From: Dehalococcoidia bacterium
GTDB taxonomy: Bacteria > Chloroflexota > Dehalococcoidia > Bin125
Reading direction: 5' to 3'
Assembly (NCBI GenBank): GCA_963662615.2
Contig: CAXXSR010000001.1
Span: 512,001 to 576,000 of the forward strand
Length of the DNA: 64,000 nt
Below, one piece after another: positions 9,223 to 16,770 of this stretch. Position 1 is the stretch's first letter; every line of letters begins with the position of its first letter. The translations under genes and the position numbers were made by a program. The notes beneath the pieces are model-generated. The model saw only the letters and a program-made list of their open reading frames with translations. It was not told the origin of the DNA and searched no databases.

Positions 9223-11370
9223 CTAATCTCTCCTCATTGCCGCGGTGCGCGCGGCCGTCGCCAGCACGACCGCGGCGGCGGCGGCGACGCCGACAGCCGC
9301 CAACGGCGAGAGCCGGTCGGCATCGTCGTCGTGCGCAAGACCGCCGCTCCCTGTGGAAGGAAGGGCTGCGGGCGCCTCGGCACCCGCTGGTTCGCCCGTT
9401 GGCGCCTCCGGCACCGCGGGCGCCTCCGGCGCCGTGGGCGTGACCGTGGTGTCTGCAAGCACGAGGTGGAACACGTAGGCGCTGCCGGACGCGTCGTGAT
9501 CGCCGAACGCGCCCACGGAAACCGTGTCGCCGCTGATGGCGACGCTCGCGCCAAACTGGTCACCGCGGGCGGCGTCGGCGGCGGTTAGTTTGGCCACCTG
9601 GCCCCAGGCCCCCGCGCCCCCTTGATCGCGCGCGAAGAGGTAGGCGCTGCCGGAAGAGGTGCCGGCGTCGTCATCGCCCGCGGCGCCCACGATCACCGTG
9701 TCGCCGCTGATGGCGACGCTCTCGCCAAACGCAGCGAACGCGGCGGCGGCGGCGGCGGTCAGTTTGGCCACCTGGCCCCAGGCCCCGGCGCCCCCTTGAT
9801 CGCGCGCGAAGAGGTAGGCGCTGCCGGACTCGGCGCCCGCGTGGTCATCGAACAGTGCGCCCACGATCACCGTGCCGCCACTGATGGCGACGCTCACGCC
9901 GAACCCGTCACCCGAGGCACCATCGGCGGCGGTCAGTTTGGCCACCTGGCCCCAGGCCTCGGCGCCCCCCTGATCGCGCGCGAAGAGGTAGGCGCTGCCG
10001 GATCGCTCGCCCGCGTCGTCATCGCCGCTCGCACCCACGATCACCGTGTCGCCGCTGATGGCGACGCTCGAGCCAAATCCGTCACCTGCAGCGGCGTCGG
10101 CGGCGGTCAGTTTCGCCACCTGGCCCCAGGCCCCGGCGCCTCCCTGATCGCGCGCGAAGAGGTAGGCGCTGCCGGAATCGTCGCCCGCGTCGTCATCGTG
10201 GATCGCGCCCACGATCACTGTGTCGCCGCTGATGGCGACGCTCCTGCCGAAGCGATCGTCGGCGGCGGCATCGGCGGCGGTCAGTTTGGCCACCTGGCCC
10301 CAGGCCTCGGCGCCACCCAGATCGCGCTCGAAGAGGTAGGCGCTGCCGGACCGGTCGCCCGCGTCGTTATCACCGCGCGCACCCACGATCACCGTATCGC
10401 CGCTGATGGCGACGCCCACGCCAAAGCGGTCAACCGCGGCGTCGGCGGCGGCGGTCAGTTTCGCTACCTGGCCCCAGGCCCCGGCGCCACCCGAATCGCG
10501 CGCGAAGAGGTAGGCGCTGCCAGACAGATTGCCCGTGTCGTCATCGTCGGGCGCACCCACGATCGCCGTGTCGCCACTGATGGCGACACTCCAGCCAAAC
10601 CGATCCTTCGCGACGGCGTCGGCGGCGGTCAGTTTGGCCTGCTCGGTGGGAGCCGTGGGAGTGGTCGGCGGCGACGCCGTCGTATCGACCTCGGTGGGAC
10701 CCGTGGGCGTGGTCGGCGGCGACGCCCCGGCGTCAACAACCTGCAAGAATCCGTCGCCCGCGGCCATGCGCTCGCCCGGGCCTGTCACCGCCTGGGGTAC
10801 ATGGTCTTCCGCTCCCCAAATCGCGAGGTCGGCCGCGCCGAAGTCGTCGACGCGTTCACAGAGCTGAATCGTGACGCCGTGGACCCCGAGGACACGCTGG
10901 AGCTCGGCGGCGAGGGCCAGGGCCACACGCGATCGATCGACGTCGTCGATGGCCGCGTCCGCCGTTGCCGGCGCGGCCCAGATCCGACACGGACGGGCTT
11001 CTTCCACAGACGACGTCCCGGCCGTGTCGAAGCCCCCGGCCACGAGCCAAGATTCGGCCAGGTCGGCGGTGATTCCGAACTGGGCAATGTTCGAACGGAT
11101 TGCGGGGATCGCGTAGTGCAGACGCGTCCGGGGATTCAAGCCGGCCTCGACCACCACCGCGTCCGCGTCCATGACAATGGCCAAGGCGAGCACGAGGCGC
11201 CCAGGTGAGAGTGTCTCGGAGGATGTCGACGCCCAGAGGGCTGCGAAGGCCCAGCGGAGGTCATCCGCGTCCGGCTCGGCCGGCTCCTGCGCCTGCGCGG
11301 GAGCCTGGGCAAGGGCGACGAGGAGCAGGCCAATGGCGGCGCCCATGACTACGCGAAGCGGGTATCGCAT
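9223..11370 (-). CDS. Surface protein with 7 FG-GAP (integrin-alpha-like) repeats and an LPSTG sorting signal
   Basis: Signal peptide; 7 x KLTAADA..D.FG.SVAISGDT.IVGA..D..G..SGSAYLF; LPSTGSGG + hydrophobic helix + RR tail. Confidence 0.9.
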   Translation of the reverse strand: MRYPLRVVMGAAIGLLLVALAQAPAQAQEPAEPDADDLRWAFAALWASTSSETLSPGRLVLALAIVMDADAVVVEAGLNPRTRLHYAIPAIRSNIAQFGITADLAESWLVAGGFDTAGTSSVEEARPCRIWAAPATADAAIDDVDRSRVALALAAELQRVLGVHGVTIQLCERVDDFGAADLAIWGAEDHVPQAVTGPGERMAAGDGFLQVVDAGASPPTTPTGPTEVDTTASPPTTPTAPTEQAKLTAADAVAKDRFGWSVAISGDTAIVGAPDDDDTGNLSGSAYLFARDSGGAGAWGQVAKLTAAADAAVDRFGVGVAISGDTVIVGARGDNDAGDRSGSAYLFERDLGGAEAWGQVAKLTAADAAADDRFGRSVAISGDTVIVGAIHDDDAGDDSGSAYLFARDQGGAGAWGQVAKLTAADAAAGDGFGSSVAISGDTVIVGASGDDDAGERSGSAYLFARDQGGAEAWGQVAKLTAADGASGDGFGVSVAISGGTVIVGALFDDHAGAESGSAYLFARDQGGAGAWGQVAKLTAAAAAAFAAFGESVAISGDTVIVGAAGDDDAGTSSGSAYLFARDQGGAGAWGQVAKLTAADAARGDQFGASVAISGDTVSVGAFGDHDASGSAYVFHLVLADTTVTPTAPEAPAVPEAPTGEPAGAEAPAALPSTGSGGLAHDDDADRLSPLAAVGVAAAAAVVLATAARTAAMRRD

Positions 11371-11430
11371 CGGGATGCTCCCTTGCCGGCCTGACGCTGG
11401 GGGGACGGCCAAGGATCAGCCTCCCTGTTC

Positions 11431-12417
11431 CTACCCATCCCCGAGTGTACGGCGGTATCCATTACCTTCGCTGCTGAGCACGTAGGCGGTGGTGGTGCAG
11501 CCCGCGTCGTCACAGAGAAGTTCGTCGAAGGAGATGTCGCGCCGCGCGTCGCCGTTCACGTCCTCGACGCTGCGCACGATGATATTCAGGCTTGAAGCGG
11601 TCTCGCCGCGCAGCTGCTTGACCGCGTTGTGATCGTAGGCGATGCGGAAGACCCCCGGGCTGTCCGGCAGCGGGTCGTAGATGACGAGGTTGCTGCCGAC
11701 GTCCGGGGCGCCGCCCGTGGCCGGGTCCGTGAACACGAGCACGATGCTGGAGCGGCCGTCGCCCGGCTGGATCGCGTCGCGGTTGGTGTCCGCGAGATTC
11801 CAGCGGGAGCCGTCCGCCACCCGCGGCAGGGCCCAGGCGCTGGAGAGCGGCAGCAGCGCGTCGATGGTGGTCCGTCCCTGGATCCAAGGCACAAGCGTGC
11901 TCCCGAAATCGGCGAACGCGTCCGGCCGGTCCGGCACCTCCGCCACCGTCACGCCCGGATCGGGCTGATCGAAGAGGCTGGGGGTGGTGACGATCTCGTC
12001 GCCCGTCAAGGCCGCGGAATCCACTGCCGGCGCTGTTGTGTCGGCTTCAACGGCGGGTTCAACTTCGTCCTCGCTGGCTGCAGGCTCGTCAACGGTCGGC
12101 GCCTCGGCCGGGGCGGTCGCCGCTGCAGGCTCCGCCGGGGGCGCAGCCTGCTCGGCCGGCGCCTCAGTTACTTGGGCTGGCTCCGTTGGGCGCGGCGGCG
12201 CCTCCGCGCGGGGGGCGGCGTCGTCGGCGTCGTCGGCGGGAGCGTCTCGGGCGGCAGCGTCGTCAGGGGTCTCGATCGGCGCGGCTGTGTCTGCCGCCGG
12301 CGACTGCGCTGCGTCAGCGCTGGCCTCGCTCGCGTCGTCGTTCCCGCCGCCGCACGCGGCCGCGACGAACGCTGCCAGGCAGGCGCCCGTCGCCAGGATC
12401 GTGATCCGCTTTGTCAT
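11431..12417 (-). CDS. Lipoprotein with Ala/Pro/Glu-rich stalk and C-terminal domain bearing DxNxD motifs
   Basis: Lipobox VAAAC; DTNRD and DVNGD. Confidence 0.75.
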   Translation of the reverse strand: MTKRITILATGACLAAFVAAACGGGNDDASEASADAAQSPAADTAAPIETPDDAAARDAPADDADDAAPRAEAPPRPTEPAQVTEAPAEQAAPPAEPAAATAPAEAPTVDEPAASEDEVEPAVEADTTAPAVDSAALTGDEIVTTPSLFDQPDPGVTVAEVPDRPDAFADFGSTLVPWIQGRTTIDALLPLSSAWALPRVADGSRWNLADTNRDAIQPGDGRSSIVLVFTDPATGGAPDVGSNLVIYDPLPDSPGVFRIAYDHNAVKQLRGETASSLNIIVRSVEDVNGDARRDISFDELLCDDAGCTTTAYVLSSEGNGYRRTLGDG

Positions 12418-12697
12418 CGCAATCCTCCCCTTGACCTAACCGGCGCCGATCACGTCGCCGATTTCCAAGCTAGACGGCGGCAAGCGGCATTCGGTTCCAC
12501 GGTGAAGAGCGGCCTCGCGAAGCGTCACGCACTCGACCTGAAGAGATGGCTGCGCTGCCCGCTCTGGAATGGGGGCTGGACGGGAACAATTCCGGCGTGG
12601 GATCGTTCCCGCTAGTAACGGCGCGCGCGGGTAAGGGAGAGGCCCTTCGACCGTGCGGCGTGCTGGGCACGCCTCGCGCCTCGGAAAGGACGGCATC

Positions 12698-13366
12698 ATG
12701 CGACGCTTGCTCGCGTTCCTGTTGGTGGTGGCGGCCGGCGCGGTCGCTGCCGCGGCGGTCCTGTATCTGGTCGTGTTCGACTCCGGCAGCGACGAACTCG
12801 CCGTGGGCGTCAACTTCCATCCCTTCACCTCGTCGCCGGGCAATGAGAGCTGCATCCCCGCCGTCGACGGTGGCAGCGGCCCTCCCAACAGCTGCGATCC
12901 GATCAACCTCGTCTTCGACGGCGTCGCCCTCGATGTCGCCGTCGGGGCGTTCATCGACGCCGGCTGGACGACGATCGGATTCGGCTCCACGCAGTTGCTC
13001 TTCTTTGACGACGAACAGCGACTGCGGCCTCAGAACGTGCAACTGTTCTTGCAAAACAGCCTCGACGAGCGCTTCCACATGCGGCTCTGGGGCGCCGCCG
13101 ATCCAGGCGGGAACGTTGTCATCATCGGCGCGGTCCATCACGAGCGGGGCTTCATCAATCACGCGATCGATCGCGACTGGGAAGCGGCGGAGCGTCGCGT
13201 GCGCGACGATCTCTGCGAGGACGGCCCTTTCCGCTGCCGCGGCAACTCGACGCTCAAGGAACAGTTGGAGATTCAGGGCGACGACACCGAGTGGCGCGGC
13301 TGGACCAACGACGGCAAGCCCGCGCTGATCAGCAGACCGGGCAAGCCGGATGCCGTTACGGAATGA
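12698..13366 (+). CDS. Exported protein with LssY C-terminal-like domain
   Basis: N-terminal TM; DPINLVF, AGW, RFHMRLW, GAVHHE, HAIDRDWE, TNDG motifs. Confidence 0.7.
   Translation: MRRLLAFLLVVAAGAVAAAAVLYLVVFDSGSDELAVGVNFHPFTSSPGNESCIPAVDGGSGPPNSCDPINLVFDGVALDVAVGAFIDAGWTTIGFGSTQLLFFDDEQRLRPQNVQLFLQNSLDERFHMRLWGAADPGGNVVIIGAVHHERGFINHAIDRDWEAAERRVRDDLCEDGPFRCRGNSTLKEQLEIQGDDTEWRGWTNDGKPALISRPGKPDAVTE
13126..13357 (+). repeat. 232-bp imperfect direct repeat, copy 1 (3' end of the LssY-like gene)
   Basis: Ungapped match to 14540-14771, about 10 substitutions. Confidence 0.95.
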
Positions 13367-13475
13367 CCATCCGACTTTGAGCGCACGCCTGGGATACGAG
13401 AGGCCTCGGTGGGAGCCGGGGAGGACGAGGCCGGCCCTGCTCGCCGTTCCCGGGGGCGAGGGCTAGGCTGACGAC

Positions 13476-13997
13476 ATGGGCAGCTTCCGCGTCGAGATCG
13501 AGATCGGCGATTCGCAGGGAGAGCGCTGGGAGACGGTGGAGGCCCTGGTAGACACCGGGTCGAGCTACACTTGGGCGCCGGCGGAGATGCTGGGACGGTT
13601 GCGCCTGCGGCCACAGTTCCGGCGGGAGTTCGAGACCGCCGACGGGCGGGTGATAGAGCGGGAGATGGCGGTAGCGATGGCCCGTTGGGACGGCCAGGCG
13701 CTGCCTACGCTAGTCGTCTTCGGCGATGAGGGGTCGTCAGCGCTGCTCGGGGTGGTGACGCTGGAGGAGTTCGGCCTGGGCGTTGACCCGGTGAACCGAC
13801 GGCTGATCCGCGGGCGCAGTCTGGCGGCGGAGGAGCTGGCGACGGTGTCGCGGGTGATGCGGGATGAAGACCGGGAGTTGTTCCTGCGGAGCCTGCTGGC
13901 GGCGACGAGCCCAGAATACCTTCGCCGCGTCGAGGAGGCACGGGGGGACTATCGGCAGGAGCGCGCCGGCGGGGCCGCCGAGGTGCTCCAGGCCTAG
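13476..13997 (+). CDS. Clan AA (retropepsin-like) aspartic protease with an antitoxin-like C-terminal extension
   Basis: ALVDTGSS, TADGR, LLGVVTLEEFGLGVDP; extra tail LLAATSPEYLRRVEEARGDY. Confidence 0.8.
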   Translation: MGSFRVEIEIGDSQGERWETVEALVDTGSSYTWAPAEMLGRLRLRPQFRREFETADGRVIEREMAVAMARWDGQALPTLVVFGDEGSSALLGVVTLEEFGLGVDPVNRRLIRGRSLAAEELATVSRVMRDEDRELFLRSLLAATSPEYLRRVEEARGDYRQERAGGAAEVLQA

Positions 13998-14025
13998 CGG
14001 CCGTGGCTGATGGCCGAAGTGGGGT

Positions 14026-14214
14026 ATGCCTAAAGTCGCTGACGCGATCCATCTCGTCGAGCGCGACGGCTGGGTGCTGGTCCGGACCAGCGGGAGCCAC
14101 CGGCAGTACAAGCACCCGGAGAAGCGAGGCACGGTTACGATCGCCGGCCCGGAAAGCAGTGACCTGGCTGCGGGTACTTGGAACAGCGTCTTGAACCAGG
14201 CCGGGCTGAAGTGA
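14026..14214 (+). CDS. hicA: HicA-family toxin
   Basis: DGWVLVRTSGSHRQYKHPEKRGTVTI, GTWNSVLNQAGLK. Confidence 0.93.
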   Translation: MPKVADAIHLVERDGWVLVRTSGSHRQYKHPEKRGTVTIAGPESSDLAAGTWNSVLNQAGLK

Positions 14215-14225
14215 AGGGCGCCCTG

Positions 14226-14432
14226 ATGAAATACGTTGTGGTGTATGAGCAGACGCCGAAGAACTGGTCGGCGTATGTGCCGGACCTGCCGGGCTGCGTT
14301 GCGGCCGCGGACACGCGCGAGGAGGTGGAGCAGCTGATTCGGGAAGCGATCGCGCTGCACATCGCGGCCATGCGCGAGAGCGATGAGCCGGTGCCGGAGC
14401 CCGGGGCCTGGACGAGCCTGGTGGAGGTGTAG
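14226..14432 (+). CDS. hicB: HicB-family antitoxin (short form)
   Basis: YVVVYE..NWSAYVPDLPGCVAAADTREE..IREAIALH. Confidence 0.93.
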   Translation: MKYVVVYEQTPKNWSAYVPDLPGCVAAADTREEVEQLIREAIALHIAAMRESDEPVPEPGAWTSLVEV

Positions 14433-14539
14433 CGAGCCGGCGGCTCTGCAGGTGGGGCGCCGCAGCCAGATCTCTCGATTCGCCGAACGGAAACCGCGCC
14501 GCACGCGGGATAAATCAAAAAAAGTGGGGCGGGGCCCGG

Positions 14540-14771
14540 CGGCGCGGTCCATCACGAGCGGGGCTTCATCGATCACGCGATCGATCGCGACTGGGAAGCG
14601 GCGGAGCGTCGCGAGCGCGACGATCTCTGCGAGAACGGCCCCTTCCGCTGCCGCGGCAACTCGACGCTCAAGGAGCAGCTGGAGATTCGGGGCGACGACA
14701 GCGAGTGGCGCGGCTGGACCAACGACGGCGAGCCCGCGCTGATCAGCAGCCCGGGCAAGCCGGACGCCGTT
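14540..14771 (+). repeat. 232-bp imperfect direct repeat, copy 2 (orphan 3' fragment of the LssY-like gene)
   Basis: Matches 13126-13357; no start codon or 5' part of the gene. Confidence 0.95.
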
Positions 14772-14851
14772 CTCATGAGAGGCGGACCGCTGGCGTTGAG
14801 CCGCTAGAATTGCGAGGCGCGCGATGGTAGACGTGCGCAGGGAGCGGCTCA

Positions 14852-15244
14852 ATGGTCGAGGGGCTGGCGGATCGGCTGGGGACGCTGTCGCGTGAGCGGA
14901 CGCAGGTGCTGCCCGCGCTGCACCTGCTCCACGACCTCGCCCACCACCTCCCCTCCGACGGCTTAGAGGAGGTGGCGGCCTGGCTCCATATCCCCAAGTC
15001 GGAGCTGTACGCCATCGCCACGTCCTACACCGAGTTCCGCCTTGCGCCACCGGCGCCGGAAACTCTGCGCGTCTGTCGGGGCCTGAGCTGCGTCATCGCC
15101 GGCAGCGGCGCCTTGGCCGACGCCCTTCGCGCCGCGGGACGCGAAGTGGAGGAGTGCGAGTGCCTCTTCGCCTGCGCCGTCGCGCCGGTGGCGACGGATC
15201 AGGGCCGCCTCGTGGGCCGGGCCCGCACCGAGGCGCTCACCTGA
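14852..15244 (+). CDS. NuoE/FdsG-like [2Fe-2S] subunit of NAD-linked formate dehydrogenase
   Basis: VLPALH, VCRGLSC, ECLFACAVAP; TGATG-coupled to the next gene. Confidence 0.85.
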   Translation: MVEGLADRLGTLSRERTQVLPALHLLHDLAHHLPSDGLEEVAAWLHIPKSELYAIATSYTEFRLAPPAPETLRVCRGLSCVIAGSGALADALRAAGREVEECECLFACAVAPVATDQGRLVGRARTEALT

Positions 15245-16770
15245 TGCCCCGCATCAACGTCCGCGCCGGCTCCATGGGTCGCGCTGTGGGCGCCCTCGAT
15301 CTGATCGACACGCTCCGCGCCGCCCTGCCCGACGTCGAGATCGTGGAGACGGGCAGTGACGGCGCCGGCTGGGCCGCGCCCGTGATCGCCGCCGCCGCCC
15401 GTCCTTCGACAGGCTCAGGACGAGCAGCGGCCGCCCCGGCGACGCCGGACGAGGCGGTGCGCGTCGCCCGCTCCCTCCTCGACGGCGACGGCGCCGACGA
15501 CGCCGTACTGCGCAGCTATCTGAGCGCGCAGACGCGCCGGCTGTTGGCGCGGGCCGGCGACATCGATCCCACATCGCTGGAGGAGGCGCGGGAGGCTGGG
15601 GCCTACCTGGGCTGGGAGCGCGCGCGCGGCGCTGCAGCGGAAGAGGTCGTGGCGACGGTGGAGGCGTCGGGGCTGCGCGGGCGCGGCGGCGCCTACTTTC
15701 CCCTGCACCTCAAGTGGCGCAGCGCCCGCGAGGCCGCGCAACGGAACGGCCGGCCCTTGCTCGTGATCAATGCGGAAGAAGGAGAGCCGGGCGTGTTCAA
15801 GGACCGCGTGCTGATGGAGTCAGATCCGCACGCGCTGATCGAGGGCATCCGCATCGCGGCGCATGCCATCGGCGCGGAGCGCGCCTATTGTTACATCAAC
15901 GGACAGGCCGAGCTTTCGGCGGAGCGCGTGCGCGGGGCGATCGACGCCGCGGAGACGGCCGGGATCGTGGGGCCGGACGCCGGGCTGGTGATCGAGATTC
16001 GCCTCGGCGCCGGCGGCTACGTCTGCGGTGAGGAGACCGTCATCCTGGAGAGCATCGAAGGGCAACGCGCCGTGCCGCGACTGCGTCCGCCCTTCCCCAC
16101 GGAGAGCGGCCTCTGGGGCCGGCCCACGGTGATCAACAACGTCGAGACGTTGTGCAACCTCCCGGCCATCTTCCGCGACGGTCCGGAACGGTTCCGCGAG
16201 GTCGGCACGGAGGAGGCGCCCGGCACCAAGCTGATCTGCCTGACCGGCAGCCTGCCGCACCCCGGCCTGATCGAGGTGCCGATGGGCACCTCCATCGCCG
16301 AGATCCTCCGCATCGGCGGCGCCGAGGATGCGGCGGAGCCGGTTGAGGGCGTCGTCGCCGGGGGGCCGTCCGGCGGCTTGCTGCCACCCAGCAAGTTCGA
16401 CCGCCCCATTGGCCCCGGATTCATTGACGAGGCCGGCGCGGTGCTGGGATCGGGCGGCATGGTGGCGTTCGGCGCCGCCTTCCCCGTCGCCGACGTGCTC
16501 GCCCTGGAGGCCGACTACAACGCGCAGGAATCCTGTGGCAAATGCACGCCCTGCCGCGAAGGCAGCGGCCGCCTCGCCGACGCCCTCCGCCGCCTGCGCG
16601 ACGGCAACGCCGCCGGCAAGCGCGCGGCGCTCCGCGACATTGAAGAGCTAGTACCCGTGCTGCGCCTGGCCTCGCTGTGCGGCCTGGGCCAGATGGCGCC
16701 TCACCCCGCGACCAGCGCCCTGCAGGACTTTGCGGAGGAGATCGGTGCGACGGCGAGGAGGGGACCATGA
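15244..16770 (+). CDS. NuoF/FdsB-like FMN/NADH-binding subunit
   Basis: SGLRGRGGAYFP, NAEEGEPG.FKDR, GAGGYVCGEET, ESCGKCTPCREG, SLCGLG. Confidence 0.93.
   Translation: MPRINVRAGSMGRAVGALDLIDTLRAALPDVEIVETGSDGAGWAAPVIAAAARPSTGSGRAAAAPATPDEAVRVARSLLDGDGADDAVLRSYLSAQTRRLLARAGDIDPTSLEEAREAGAYLGWERARGAAAEEVVATVEASGLRGRGGAYFPLHLKWRSAREAAQRNGRPLLVINAEEGEPGVFKDRVLMESDPHALIEGIRIAAHAIGAERAYCYINGQAELSAERVRGAIDAAETAGIVGPDAGLVIEIRLGAGGYVCGEETVILESIEGQRAVPRLRPPFPTESGLWGRPTVINNVETLCNLPAIFRDGPERFREVGTEEAPGTKLICLTGSLPHPGLIEVPMGTSIAEILRIGGAEDAAEPVEGVVAGGPSGGLLPPSKFDRPIGPGFIDEAGAVLGSGGMVAFGAAFPVADVLALEADYNAQESCGKCTPCREGSGRLADALRRLRDGNAAGKRAALRDIEELVPVLRLASLCGLGQMAPHPATSALQDFAEEIGATARRGP

Noticed and set aside
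9480-10640. Regular ~180-bp repeats as a CRISPR array or non-coding repeat
   Set aside because: They are in-frame FG-GAP coding repeats with no unique spacers and no cas genes. No CRISPR array was seen in the window.
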